Assembly (NCBI GenBank): GCA_044226625.1
Contig: JBGAGQ010000004.1
Location: forward strand, 64,001-128,000
Origin: Thermoanaerobaculia bacterium
Lineage (GTDB): Bacteria > Acidobacteriota > Thermoanaerobaculia > Multivoradales > UBA5704
Length of the DNA: 64,000 bases
Direction: 5' to 3'
In this document: positions 41,211-51,655 of the stretch, piece after piece
How positions within the stretch are numbered: position 1 is the first letter of the stretch
How the letters are laid out: every line of letters starts with the position of its first letter
The notes under the pieces: generated by a model
Seen by the model: the letters and a program-made list of their open reading frames with translations, nothing else
What the model was told of the DNA's origin: nothing
The model's database searches: none
Program-made: the position numbers and the translations under genes

Positions 41211-43970
41211 TCAGAAGACTCCGTCCCAATCTCCTGCGACCGGTTTCCCTCCGTTCACACCGAACGTGAAGATCCAGTCGGCCGGCCCCGGCGTGTTCAT
41301 ATTCCGCAACTCGTGCACGAAGGTCACAGGGTTGTAGACGCCGATCGAATCCCAGCCATCGCCATCCCAGTCCCCCGCATTCGGAAGCAGACCGACTCCC
41401 TGAGTACCGAAGCTGAAGGTCAGATCCGCTCCACCGGACGTGTTCAAGTTACGCAAGTGGAACGTGCTGGTGGTCGGGTCGTAGAGACCTACCGACGTGA
41501 TCCCATCGCCGTTCCAGTCTCCCGCAATCGGCAACCAGGAACTCGCAGCACCGGTCCAGGTGAAGGTCAGATCCGCCCCACCCGAGCTGTTCGAGTTTCG
41601 CAGCCTGAATATTCCGGTGGACGGATCATAAAGGCCAACGGAATCCGAGCCATTGCCGTCCCAATCGCCAGAGATCGGCAGAAGGACGCCCGTGACGCTC
41701 GAGAAAGTGAAATTCCAAGGCGTAGCGGAGCTCGTGTTTGCATTCTTCATGTTGAATGTCGAGGTCGCCGAATCGTAATAGCCCACGGTGTCGATTCCAT
41801 CGCCGTTCCAGTCCCCGGTGAAGGGCAGGCCTGACGTCAGGTTCCCGACAAAAGAGACGTTCAGCGGACTACCGCTGCCCGTGGCGTGATAGAGGCGAAG
41901 CTTGAAATCCTGGCCATCCTTCGCATAGCCCACGGTGGATGCCGGCGAGGCCGAACCTACATGCACGATCTGGGACGTCGAGGCGCTCTGTCCCAGGGCA
42001 TCTCGAACTGCCAATTGAATCGTATAGTTACCCAACTGTCGGTAGGTATTGGTCTGGATCGGGTTGGAGGTGAAGCTGCCTCCCGGCGAGTCCGACCAAC
42101 CGACGCTGTACGTCACGGGTCCGCGATCGACTGCCGAGGACGATGCATCGAGCTGGCAGAACAGGCCGGAACAAGTGATCGTGAAACTGGCGACAGGTGG
42201 CAGACCGACACGCGCCAGGTGCTCGGCGAAGGACGCGCCACCTGCTCCCTGCACCGTCAGCCGAACGGTGAAATCGGCGCTCGAAGAATACGTATGGACG
42301 ACGTTCACACCGCTTCCCGAAGTGTTGTCGCCGAAGGACCACGTCCAAGTGTTTGCCCCGGTCGACCCCGAGCCGTCGAACGTACAAGTCCGGCCCGAAC
42401 AATAGAAGGAGAAGGCGGCGGTGGGCGGAGGAGGACCTCCCATCGATCCAAGCGCGGCGCGGAGATTTGGAATCGGGCCAATCAGCCGGGCATCCGGCGC
42501 CTGGGGCGTGCCGGTTTCGCGGAGGAGCTGGCGCATCGCGAGCGGCGAAATAAGCGGCGACCCAGCAGCGAGCGCCACCCCTTGGACCGAGGCGGCCGCA
42601 CCTGCGACCATCGGGCTGGCGCCCGAAGTGTTGGCAAAGTTCGAGGTGTAGATTTGGTTGGGATCTCCACCCCCATCAAAGATGTTGTCCTCGAAACGCG
42701 CTTGCCCCAGGGTCGTGATGAATTTCCCCCAACCATGCACGTCGATTCGCGAACCATAGTTCGAGGTGCAGATAGGTACACCGCCGGGTCCGTTGCTGGC
42801 GGCGACCAAAATCGCACCCGAGTCCCTGACATTTCGATCGAAATAACCGAAGTAGTGGGGCGGGTCTAAGCTGTTCGAGCCGTTGGCCGCTGCTTCGACC
42901 ACGATCGTTCCTCCCGCGGTGACCATCCGGATCGCATCGAACACGTCGGTCCGAAATTCCGCCGGCACGAGCTCTCTCCTACAGGTGCCATTGAGTGCCG
43001 CGCATGGACAAAAGGAATCGTAAATCCCGGCAGAAGTCTGGAGCTCGACCAAGACCACGCCGCCAACGCCCACCTGTTGAGCCGCCCTCAGAATTGCGTC
43101 CCCCCAAGGAACGAAGCTCGCTCCCTGAAGGCCTACCGAAGCCTGATTCGCGATTCCCGTAACACCATATCCGTTGTCGGGGGCCGCAAGGATACCGATG
43201 ACCGAGGCTCCATGATCCGAAGTTCCGCTAGACGGATTGTTCCCTTGCGCATAGAAGACCGCGGGAAAGTCTTCGTGCGTGGTACGCCAAGCGAACTCGA
43301 TATCCACGATCGAAATACCTTGACCCCGTCCTCCTGGGATCGTCCAGGCATATCTGGCGTCGATACCGCCGGACGAAGCCGAGTCCAGGTACCCCTGGTA
43401 TCCCTGCTCGTCGAAATTGGGCGTTGGGGGGGCGATATCCGAAGGTGTGCTCATAGCACCGTTGGCCTGAGCGATCTCGACGCTCCCGAGCGAGTTCAGG
43501 GTGCTCAACAGGTTCGCCACCGAAGTCAACGCCGAGCCGCCGACGACAGGAATTCGATAATAAAGGTCGAGGTCTGCCAACTCGAGGCTGGATCGGCTTT
43601 CAGCCGAAGCTCGCCAAGCGGACAAGGTCGATTCGCTCTGCGAGAACATCCGCTCGACCCCCAGCGCTGCCGGAGTCGATGCGACCGCATCTGCTACGGT
43701 CGAGAGGTCGGCTTCGATCGATTTGCTCGAAAGGCCGAAACTGGATTGACGCTCACTTTCACGACTGTCCGGCTCCAGGGCAACGAGTTGACCGTCGCGA
43801 AGCCGTACATGGGTTCCCTCTTGGAATTTGAGGGTGATGCTCTCAACAATTTGCGATTCATCGAGCTGGTTTCCTGCCGCCTTGTCGAAGGGCGTTCTCG
43901 GCACCAGGGCGCAAACCGGCCCAGCGAGTAGTGCAACGATTCCGGCGAAAGCCCACTTAGATTTCCACAT
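41211..43970 (-). CDS. S8 subtilase with two PKD domains and C-terminal GDWxGDG repeats
   Basis: Catalytic D (IVDIE), H (DHGASV), oxyanion N (AAANG), S (NTSGASP); WSFGD PKD; repeated GDWNGDG..VG.Y. Confidence 0.9.
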   Translation of the reverse strand: MWKSKWAFAGIVALLAGPVCALVPRTPFDKAAGNQLDESQIVESITLKFQEGTHVRLRDGQLVALEPDSRESERQSSFGLSSKSIEADLSTVADAVASTPAALGVERMFSQSESTLSAWRASAESRSSLELADLDLYYRIPVVGGSALTSVANLLSTLNSLGSVEIAQANGAMSTPSDIAPPTPNFDEQGYQGYLDSASSGGIDARYAWTIPGGRGQGISIVDIEFAWRTTHEDFPAVFYAQGNNPSSGTSDHGASVIGILAAPDNGYGVTGIANQASVGLQGASFVPWGDAILRAAQQVGVGGVVLVELQTSAGIYDSFCPCAALNGTCRRELVPAEFRTDVFDAIRMVTAGGTIVVEAAANGSNSLDPPHYFGYFDRNVRDSGAILVAASNGPGGVPICTSNYGSRIDVHGWGKFITTLGQARFEDNIFDGGGDPNQIYTSNFANTSGASPMVAGAAASVQGVALAAGSPLISPLAMRQLLRETGTPQAPDARLIGPIPNLRAALGSMGGPPPPTAAFSFYCSGRTCTFDGSGSTGANTWTWSFGDNTSGSGVNVVHTYSSSADFTVRLTVQGAGGASFAEHLARVGLPPVASFTITCSGLFCQLDASSSAVDRGPVTYSVGWSDSPGGSFTSNPIQTNTYRQLGNYTIQLAVRDALGQSASTSQIVHVGSASPASTVGYAKDGQDFKLRLYHATGSGSPLNVSFVGNLTSGLPFTGDWNGDGIDTVGYYDSATSTFNMKNANTSSATPWNFTFSSVTGVLLPISGDWDGNGSDSVGLYDPSTGIFRLRNSNSSGGADLTFTWTGAASSWLPIAGDWNGDGITSVGLYDPTTSTFHLRNLNTSGGADLTFSFGTQGVGLLPNAGDWDGDGWDSIGVYNPVTFVHELRNMNTPGPADWIFTFGVNGGKPVAGDWDGVF

Positions 43971-44114
43971 CTCGACAGTCTCTCCGACGCGATTCAGGAG
44001 GGAGGATCCCTACCTGTGCCAACGCGAGGAATGACCCGGTGGAGCACTCCAGGTGTTACTTGCACCGTCCCATAGTCCTCGAGGTCTTGATCCAGGGGCG
44101 TCGACCTCAACGCT

Positions 44115-45749
44115 TCAGTGGCCTCGGCGCCGCCGCTTTTCTACAGCCATCGCGATAGCGATCGCACCCATCCCGATCCCGACATAGATCGCTCGAATTC
44201 CCACGCCCAGATCGCCGCCGAACAGGCTGCAGAAATCGGCGTTCGGAACCCGGTTGAGCGCGGCGTACCAGATCGCGAGGTAGAGCCCGACGAAAAGCTT
44301 GCCGCCGCCGGACAGACTACCGAACGCCACAGCGAGCGCGGTGACGAAGAAGAGCCCGGAGAGGGCCGCGAATCCGCGGGCCGGCGAATCGACGAGCGCC
44401 CGAAGAAGGAAGGGCAAGGCCACGACGCCGACGAACAGGGAGACCGAGCCGAGCTTCCACAGGACGCCCGAGCGCGGCACGCCGGGTTGGGAAAAGACGA
44501 GCGGCCCGGCACCGGCCAGCGCCTCACGGCAGGAGGCTTCGGAGATCGTCGTCCCGAGGAGCAGCAGGAAAGCCGCTCCCACCAGCGGCGCCGCCGCGCC
44601 GGGCAGGACGGCGGTGAGGATCGAAAGGAGCACTACCACGAAGCGGAGGATCGAGCCGGTCTGCCAGAGCAGCAGCGCGTCGGCCGACACCGCGGAGAAG
44701 GCGGAGGGGCGTGCCACGACCCCGGCGAGGGCGCCGAAATCCGGCAGCGGCACGGCCACCTCGGTCGCGGCCGAGAGGATCGGCACGGACGGCTCCCCCG
44801 CCGAGGCCGCTTGCAAAGCGGGCGCCTTCGCCCGGCGGGACGATCGCCGCCGCGCCGGATCGAAACGATCGAACAGCAGGAGCGAAAGCAGCAGCGGCGG
44901 GATCGCCCAGAGCGCTCCAAGCAGGCGAACCGCGACGAAATCAGGGTGGAGCGGCAGACCTTTCCACGGCACCGCCGGCACCACCCGATCCCGGTAGATC
45001 AGTCCGGTCGAGATCGTTCCCGGCACGACCCCGGGCAGCGAGCGGACGATCAACACGCTCACCGTGCTCCCCCCCATCGGATCGAAGATCGGCAGCCGAT
45101 CGCTCTTGCCGGTCGTCGGATCCTTCGCGAGGGCCATCGGCACGGCCGCCACGACGAGCGCGAGAAGGAAGAACCAGGCGATCCAGCCCAACCGGCCGGA
45201 CAGGAAGGGCACGACGTCGAACAACACCGCCATCGCCGCGACGAAGGCGATGCCCGGCAGCGTGAGCAGGACGAGCGGACCGAGGAACGCGACTGAATCG
45301 AACGGCCCGACGCCGAAGCGCAGGAAGTGATAGAGGCCGACCGGCACCACGAGGCTCACCACGAGGCCGAGATAGGTGACGTGAGAAAGGAACTTCCCCG
45401 CGAGATAGGCCCCGTTCGGCAACGGGGTTGCCGCGAGGATCGCGCCGATGCGGCGCTCGCGGTCGCGCCGGATCGATCCGGCGACCAGGTAAAACCCGAC
45501 GAAAACCGCGAGGAAGGCGCCGAGGAACGACATCGCGGCGCCGATGTAGGCGGCGTTGTGAACGCTGGTCTGCAGCCGGCCGTCGGCGAGCTGCCAGGAG
45601 ACCGAGGTCGCCTTGCCCCCCGGTTTCGGGATCCAGAAGTACGAGCCGAGCAGGATCGTCGCCAGCGCGACGAAGGTGCCCGCCGATCGCAGGCGGGTGC
45701 GGACCTCCGCCCCGACCTGGGCACCGATTGCGCTCCAAGCCGCGCTCAC
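44115..45749 (-). CDS. ABC transporter permease-like membrane protein
   Basis: GTG 45749 overlaps ATPase stop (GTGA); RRDRERRIG.ILAATP...YLAGKF; many TM helices. Confidence 0.8.
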   Translation of the reverse strand: MSAAWSAIGAQVGAEVRTRLRSAGTFVALATILLGSYFWIPKPGGKATSVSWQLADGRLQTSVHNAAYIGAAMSFLGAFLAVFVGFYLVAGSIRRDRERRIGAILAATPLPNGAYLAGKFLSHVTYLGLVVSLVVPVGLYHFLRFGVGPFDSVAFLGPLVLLTLPGIAFVAAMAVLFDVVPFLSGRLGWIAWFFLLALVVAAVPMALAKDPTTGKSDRLPIFDPMGGSTVSVLIVRSLPGVVPGTISTGLIYRDRVVPAVPWKGLPLHPDFVAVRLLGALWAIPPLLLSLLLFDRFDPARRRSSRRAKAPALQAASAGEPSVPILSAATEVAVPLPDFGALAGVVARPSAFSAVSADALLLWQTGSILRFVVVLLSILTAVLPGAAAPLVGAAFLLLLGTTISEASCREALAGAGPLVFSQPGVPRSGVLWKLGSVSLFVGVVALPFLLRALVDSPARGFAALSGLFFVTALAVAFGSLSGGGKLFVGLYLAIWYAALNRVPNADFCSLFGGDLGVGIRAIYVGIGMGAIAIAMAVEKRRRRGH

Positions 45750-46636
45750 GACGCCCCTCCGTCGAGCTGCGCGAGCAGATAGGCGTCTTCGAGCGACGGC
45801 TCGACCGGCTCGGACCCGAGCGGTAGCGCGCGGCCGCCCCCGGCGCCGGCCGGATCGACGAACCGGACGTGGACCCCGTCGGCCCGCCGGGCGAGGTTCG
45901 CGACCGGAAGGCCCGCCTGGAGCGCCGCCAGCCGATCGCTCGGAACGATCGCGCGAAACACCTTCCCTGTCGCGCGGCGCAGCAGCTCTTCCGGCGTCGC
46001 ATGAACGAGCAGTCGGCCCGACCGGACGACGGCGATCGACGACGCCACCGCCTCGACGTCGGACACGATGTGCGTCGAGAGGATGACCACCCGTCCGTGG
46101 GCCACCTCGGCGAGCAGGTTGCGGAAGCGCACCCGCTCCTCCGGATCGAGCCCGACCGTCGGCTCGTCGACGATCAAGAGCTTGGGATCTCCGAGCAGCG
46201 CCTGGGCGATTCCTACCCGCTGGCGCATGCCGCCGGAATAGCCGCCGAGGCGGCGGTCGGCCGCGCCGTGCAGGTTCACCAACGCGAGCATGTCGCCGAT
46301 CCGCCGCTTGAGGTCGCTTCCTGAAAGGCCTTTCAACCGGCCGAGATAGGTCAGGAACTCCCGCGCGGTGAGCTTGTCGTAGACCCCGAAGTCCTGGGGC
46401 AGAAAGCCGAGCGCGCGGCGGACGACGAGCGGATTCACCACCCCGTCCGAACCCTCCCAAAGAAACGTGCCCGCCGTGGGGCGGGTCACCGTGGCGAGGA
46501 TCGACATCAACGTCGACTTGCCCGCGCCGTTCGGTCCCAATAGGCCGAGCACCCCTTCACTCACCGACAACGAAAAATCCGCAAGAGCGGTCGTGCCGCT
46601 CGGGTATCGCTTGGACAATCCCTTGATTTCAAGCAT
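45746..46636 (-). CDS. ABC transporter ATP-binding protein
   Basis: C-terminal part of long ORF; MLEIKGLSK start, GPNGAGKS, YSGGMRQR, VDEPT. Confidence 0.93.
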   Translation of the reverse strand: MLEIKGLSKRYPSGTTALADFSLSVSEGVLGLLGPNGAGKSTLMSILATVTRPTAGTFLWEGSDGVVNPLVVRRALGFLPQDFGVYDKLTAREFLTYLGRLKGLSGSDLKRRIGDMLALVNLHGAADRRLGGYSGGMRQRVGIAQALLGDPKLLIVDEPTVGLDPEERVRFRNLLAEVAHGRVVILSTHIVSDVEAVASSIAVVRSGRLLVHATPEELLRRATGKVFRAIVPSDRLAALQAGLPVANLARRADGVHVRFVDPAGAGGGRALPLGSEPVEPSLEDAYLLAQLDGGAS

Positions 46637-46885
46637 GAGATCGAAACTCCTCCCGCGTGGCTGTACGGCGGGCCACGGGGATTGTTTCCCGGCGCGAGCC
46701 GCTCGGCGCCGCCCGGCCTCCGGAGCCCCCTCACCTTTTGTGGCCCCTATTTGAGATGACCTTGTACCACCTCTAATACCTGTCTCGCGCTCCGCCGTCA
46801 GGGCTCTCCAGAACCTCGGCCAGAGCCCGCGCGCCGCCGACCCGTTCGTCTGCCCGTGGCCCCTCGAGCCTCCCCAGGAGAACCC

Positions 46886-49597
46886 ATGAAGCTTCGCGGA
46901 ATGATCTGTCTCTTGCTGTCGACCGCCTCCTTCGCCTCCTCGCCTTTGCTCGGCGTCGAGCCGCCGCGTATCTGGATGCCCTTGCAGGGCGTCGGCCCCG
47001 AATGGCACGGCGTCATGCTCCAGCCGCTCGCCGACGGCAACCTCGATCCCCTCGAGTACGCCAACGGCATCAAGGTCGACCTGAACGATTTCTCGGCCAG
47101 CGTGCCGAAAGGCAACGGCCGGCTGTTCGTCGGCCTGTCGGACAACACGGCCGGATTCACCAGCCTCAATTGCAAGAAGCCGGACGGGCACGGCTGCCTC
47201 GGCGGAACGCTGTTCCTCGGCCTGGACGTCCACGCCCAATCGAGCATGATCGGCGACGAGGCCGGATCGGTCGTGGTCTTCCTCGACGCCCGGCGACAGA
47301 AGACGCTCGACAACCAGAGCTGCGTCGACTCGAACAACCAGCCGACGAGAAAGCCGGCGTCGGACGACCGGAAGATCCTCGTCTCCTACACGGCCAGCCG
47401 GGGCCAGGCGACGCCGACGCTCACCGTCCGCGAGTTCAAGGGCAACTGCTTCGAATGGGTCGAGATCACCCCGCCGGGCCTCGATCCCGCGCAGGAAGCC
47501 TGGACGGTCAAAGCCGCGGCGCGCGAGACGCTCGGCGCGAACGGATTGCCCAACTTCCTTCACTTCGAGCTGGCGGTCACCGCGCAGCCGCGCGGCAACA
47601 CGCCCCTCACCAGCGCGATCGTCAACGACCGGCTGTTCGGCCTGGGCGTTCGCCACATGGCGTCGACCGCGGTCGCGGTCACCTCGTTTGGTTGGTTCCC
47701 TAGCCTGGCGATCCAACCGCCGACCGAATTCGACACCAAGAGCTGGGCGACGATGGACCTGCACCAGCCGCCGCGGATCGACCTCTCGATGACCGCCTAC
47801 AACGTCGGCCAGTTGCAGATCGTGGGCGACGGTGGGCAGGGTGAGGCGAAGGATTTCGCCAAGCTCACCTACCGCAACGACATCATCTGCCTGACCGAGG
47901 AGATGATCAACTCCGAGCGCGACGAAACCGTGAAGCGGATCAACGACATGCGCGCGGCCGACGGACTCGATCCGATGACCCCCGTCTACCCCGGCGAGGG
48001 AGACCCGCCGAACAACATCCTGATGGTCACGGGACCGATCATCGACTCCGATTTCATCGAGTTCGGCCAGCTGCCCGAGGTCCAGACCTACTGCGCGGGC
48101 GAGTTCGACTTCCTGCCGATCTCGGCCGGCGACTGCAGCGGCGCGGGCGCGGGGCACAAAGGGATCGTCTGGGCTCGGGTGGGGGTCAAGAAATCGACCG
48201 CCGCCCCGAAAGGAGGCAAGACGCAGAATTGGTTCTCGGATCAATTCGTCGACGTCTTCTGCGCTCACACGCAGGCAGACTACGAATCGGACGGGGAATT
48301 CGCGCGCGACCAATGGTGCAGCGATCCCGTCGGCACGCCGGCCGCCAACTTCAAAGATTGCACGAAGGGAGATTTCGGTCCGCCGGGAGATCCGTGGCTG
48401 ACCAACGTCCGCCTGGAGCAGTGGCGAGGCATCAAGGCCTGGGCGCACAAGAAGCGCGCGGGGGGCAACGGCTCGCCGAACGGCCTCGACCGGCCGGCGT
48501 TCCTGCTCGGCGACTTCAACCAGATCGGCCCGAAGAACGTCTCCGCCTCCCATCCGAACGAGGACGTGGAGGATTGGATCGCCGCCACCTCCAACCACGC
48601 GGGATTCGGCAAAGAGTACTCGGACATGCGCGCCGCCCTCGGCACGCTGCCGATCTCGGCGTTCGACCAGGCGAACGGCTGGGCGTGGGACTCCTACGAT
48701 CTGATGGCGCGCGATCCGCGCGGCAGCTGGATCGGCGCGTCGACCGAGAGCGCGATTCCAGCGACCCGGGCGGACGAGTGCATGACCCAGGGGCAGTTCA
48801 CGGGCTACGACACGGTGAGCGAGCTGCCGAAGGAGGCGCAGCTCGACTACATCCTGGTCCTGCCCGCCGAGTCCGGTTTCCCCTTCTACAGCCTCACCGG
48901 GCCGACCTCGCAGCCGCAGGAGCCGATCGTCGAGATCTCGGCCAACCCGGGCTCCTGGGAAGACGGCCTCGGCTGCGCCTCGGATCACGCGCAGGTCTCG
49001 GCCACGGTCGGCCTAGTCCAGACGGGCACCTCGGCGCACTACAACCCGAACAAATCGCACCGCGTCACCTACCGGGTCACCCACCTGTGGGACTTCGCCA
49101 ACGCCGATTCGGGCAACACCGATTGGTACGTCGACAACAAGGACTTCGAGGTCCGGCAGCTGAATTCCGCGAGCTCGACGATCCAGACTCACGGACAGGA
49201 CTTCCCCGACAGCGTGGTGCCGGACGGCATCGCGGTTCCCGTCAACTGGCACGACTCGTTCGACCTGTTCGGCGGCGACAAGTTCCGAGCCGGCGTCTAT
49301 GTCAAGGATCACGACGTCGGCCCGAACGACCTCTATGACATGACCGATCTGGGCACCGGGTTCCGCGGCCCGCACTTCGAGTTCGACCATGCCTATCCTG
49401 GGACGTTCCGCCTGATCGGAAACTTCATGGATGCGCCGGGCACCGGACGGCTGTTGGGCACCGCGGACGCGAGCAGCGTCGATCCGGACGCCTCCTGCGC
49501 GCTCGGCTGCTTGGGTATCGAGACTCGGGGGGACGGTGACGAACCGGGTTACGACGGCCAGGTCACGCAGAACATCCTGATCGAAGAGATCCCCTAG
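46886..49597 (+). CDS. Secreted endonuclease/exonuclease/phosphatase (sphingomyelinase-like) multidomain protein
   Basis: EEP motifs AYNV, ICLTEE, HKG, AHTQA, LGDFN, LDYIL, SDH; signal peptide; AGGAG RBS. Confidence 0.8.
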   Translation: MKLRGMICLLLSTASFASSPLLGVEPPRIWMPLQGVGPEWHGVMLQPLADGNLDPLEYANGIKVDLNDFSASVPKGNGRLFVGLSDNTAGFTSLNCKKPDGHGCLGGTLFLGLDVHAQSSMIGDEAGSVVVFLDARRQKTLDNQSCVDSNNQPTRKPASDDRKILVSYTASRGQATPTLTVREFKGNCFEWVEITPPGLDPAQEAWTVKAAARETLGANGLPNFLHFELAVTAQPRGNTPLTSAIVNDRLFGLGVRHMASTAVAVTSFGWFPSLAIQPPTEFDTKSWATMDLHQPPRIDLSMTAYNVGQLQIVGDGGQGEAKDFAKLTYRNDIICLTEEMINSERDETVKRINDMRAADGLDPMTPVYPGEGDPPNNILMVTGPIIDSDFIEFGQLPEVQTYCAGEFDFLPISAGDCSGAGAGHKGIVWARVGVKKSTAAPKGGKTQNWFSDQFVDVFCAHTQADYESDGEFARDQWCSDPVGTPAANFKDCTKGDFGPPGDPWLTNVRLEQWRGIKAWAHKKRAGGNGSPNGLDRPAFLLGDFNQIGPKNVSASHPNEDVEDWIAATSNHAGFGKEYSDMRAALGTLPISAFDQANGWAWDSYDLMARDPRGSWIGASTESAIPATRADECMTQGQFTGYDTVSELPKEAQLDYILVLPAESGFPFYSLTGPTSQPQEPIVEISANPGSWEDGLGCASDHAQVSATVGLVQTGTSAHYNPNKSHRVTYRVTHLWDFANADSGNTDWYVDNKDFEVRQLNSASSTIQTHGQDFPDSVVPDGIAVPVNWHDSFDLFGGDKFRAGVYVKDHDVGPNDLYDMTDLGTGFRGPHFEFDHAYPGTFRLIGNFMDAPGTGRLLGTADASSVDPDASCALGCLGIETRGDGDEPGYDGQVTQNILIEEIP

Positions 49598-49616
49598 CCG
49601 ATCCTCAACCCTCGGA

Positions 49617-49661
49617 CCTCACCCCATCCCCTCTCCCTCCGCGGGAGAGGGGCCGGGGTGA
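49617..49661. repeat. REP-like palindromic element between convergent genes
   Basis: CCTCACCCC..CCCTCTCCC-TCCGC-GGGAGAGGG..GGGGTGA nested inverted repeat. Confidence 0.65.
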
Positions 49662-49668
49662 TGGCGTT

Positions 49669-50982
49669 CTAGCGCTCGGCGCGAACCGCGAGATTCGAGA
49701 AGCGCCAGCCGATCGGCGGATAGTAGGCGTGATCGGCGACGCCGGGCAGGCCGAAAGCGAGCAGGACCGGCGCGTCGCGATCGGCCAGGTCGTAGTTGAA
49801 GATGCCGCACTCGAACGCCATGATCGTCCGCCGCTGCCCTTCCGTCTCGGAGACGATCCAGCGCATTCGCGCCCCTTCGGTGTCATAGAAGATCCGGACG
49901 TGGTAGTTCGTCTGCGGCGTCCAGTCGCTCGCCCTCTGGATCGCCGCCTCGATCACCGGAATTCCCTGGTCCAGGATGCTCCGATCGCGCAGGCCGCGCG
50001 CGAACGAGCCGAAGTAGAGCGTTTTGTTGAAGCGCGGCCCGCCGAAGTGGTACATCCCGAGAAGGCCGGTGAAGATCGGCGAGTAGTCGCCGACGAAAAG
50101 GTCGTAGTCGATCGTCATCCGCCGGTAAGCCACTCCGGGCACGAGCGGAATCGGGATCTCCAGATAAGACGCGCCTTCGACCGGCAGGAAGAAGTTCCCC
50201 GGCTGGTCGAACGTCACCGTCTCGACGACGGGATCCGGCGCGTGGTCGAGCGGGAAGAGCAACCGGGTTTTGAGGGGGTCCGTGCCGACCACCGTGCCGA
50301 GCGCCCAGAACGGCTGGGTGCAGGTCACCCGCGCCGTGATCGGCGCGCCGTCCGCGAGCCCCAAGCCGGAGGTCACGTTCTTGACCGTCGCGTGCGAAAG
50401 AGGGTTCAGGTGGGCGACCAGGTTGGACCGCTGCGTGCCGTTCGCGTCGAAACGGGCGACGGTGCAGGTCGCGGCCTGGCTCGCGAAGTTGATCAGCTCG
50501 AGGTTCGGCTTGAACATTCCCGCGGCGGTCGCGGCGAGATCGGAAAGGAAGGCGGTCTCGGTCTTCTCGAAGCGGTTGTTAGGGTCGAGCAACGGCAGCG
50601 ACCAGGTGATGTTCTGGCTCCCCACCTTCAGGTCCCAGGTGGCCACCGTCGCGTCGAGCACGTCGTTGCCCGAGACCTCGACCATTCCGACGCCGCGCAT
50701 CGCCTCAGCGATCGACAGGGAGAAGGTCGCCCCCGCGGGGATCGTGTAGCGCTTGACCGGCAAGTTCGCCGTGCCGTTCGCGCCGCGCGGGATGAATTTC
50801 ACTTTGAGCGGGCGCGACACGTTGTCGCGGTTCTGGATCAGCAGGCGGGACGCCGGGGAGCCTTTGCCGTTCGTGTCGGGATTCGGCAGGTAGAACGTCT
50901 CGGCCACGGCGGGGAGCGCCACGCCAAGCAGAACCAGAGAGCCGAGCAGGGCAGGGCGGATGGGGCGGAAGCGTCGGATCAT
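49669..50982 (-). CDS. Hypothetical secreted beta-rich protein
   Basis: Signal peptide (AVA-E), GC3-biased long ORF. Confidence 0.7.
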   Translation of the reverse strand: MIRRFRPIRPALLGSLVLLGVALPAVAETFYLPNPDTNGKGSPASRLLIQNRDNVSRPLKVKFIPRGANGTANLPVKRYTIPAGATFSLSIAEAMRGVGMVEVSGNDVLDATVATWDLKVGSQNITWSLPLLDPNNRFEKTETAFLSDLAATAAGMFKPNLELINFASQAATCTVARFDANGTQRSNLVAHLNPLSHATVKNVTSGLGLADGAPITARVTCTQPFWALGTVVGTDPLKTRLLFPLDHAPDPVVETVTFDQPGNFFLPVEGASYLEIPIPLVPGVAYRRMTIDYDLFVGDYSPIFTGLLGMYHFGGPRFNKTLYFGSFARGLRDRSILDQGIPVIEAAIQRASDWTPQTNYHVRIFYDTEGARMRWIVSETEGQRRTIMAFECGIFNYDLADRDAPVLLAFGLPGVADHAYYPPIGWRFSNLAVRAER

Positions 50983-51140
50983 GGTGGGGGCTCCTCGCGT
51001 CAATCGGTTCCGATCCAGGGGTCGCAGCCGTCTTCCAGCCTATGGTACCGCCCGTGCGCCCATCCGTAAAACTCGCTCCGGGGCCGTAGCGCCGCCCCCT
51101 CGACCCGAACCACGACGCTGGCCTCGATTCCGTTCGACGG

Positions 51141-51494
51141 TCACTCTGCCTCAGGGGCCGGTTGGAAGAAGATCTCGCGCACCTCGAACGGCATGCGGCA
51201 CGCCTTGGCTCCTCGGAGCGCCCACGCCATCGCCTCTTCGAGATTTTCGGTCTCGACGATGGTAATCCCGCCCACCAGCTCCTTGGTTTCGAGATACGGA
51301 CCGTCGGTGACGAGCGTCTCGCCGTCGGTCTGCGGCCGCACCGTGCGGGTCGGCCCGAGGCCCCCGGCGAATCGCCGGACTCCTGCGGCGACCATCTCCC
51401 GATTGAGCGCGTGGATGTCTTCCACCATTTTCTCGTCCACCGTGGCGGGATCGAAGTCGACGGGCAGGTATCCGGCAAACAGGTAGTGGGGCAT
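51141..51494 (-). CDS. YciI family protein
   Basis: VTDGPYLETKELVGG, EVR motif; GGAG RBS before ATG 51494. Confidence 0.9.
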   Translation of the reverse strand: MPHYLFAGYLPVDFDPATVDEKMVEDIHALNREMVAAGVRRFAGGLGPTRTVRPQTDGETLVTDGPYLETKELVGGITIVETENLEEAMAWALRGAKACRMPFEVREIFFQPAPEAE

Positions 51495-51655
51495 GGCGTC
51501 TCCTCGAGGATTGTCAGGCGGGCTCTCGTGCCGGCCTCTATTCCATACGTCGAACGAAGAGGTCCGAATTCGACAAGGTGGCCCCAAAAAGTTACGTCTC
51601 CGCGGTCGCTGCCGACGGTTCGCGCACTCCGCGACCCGACGTGCATGACACCGTG

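Noticed and set aside
45746-48988. 1080-aa ORF as a giant ABC fusion
   Set aside because: Only the last ~296 codons are the ATPase; the rest is the antisense shadow of the EEP gene
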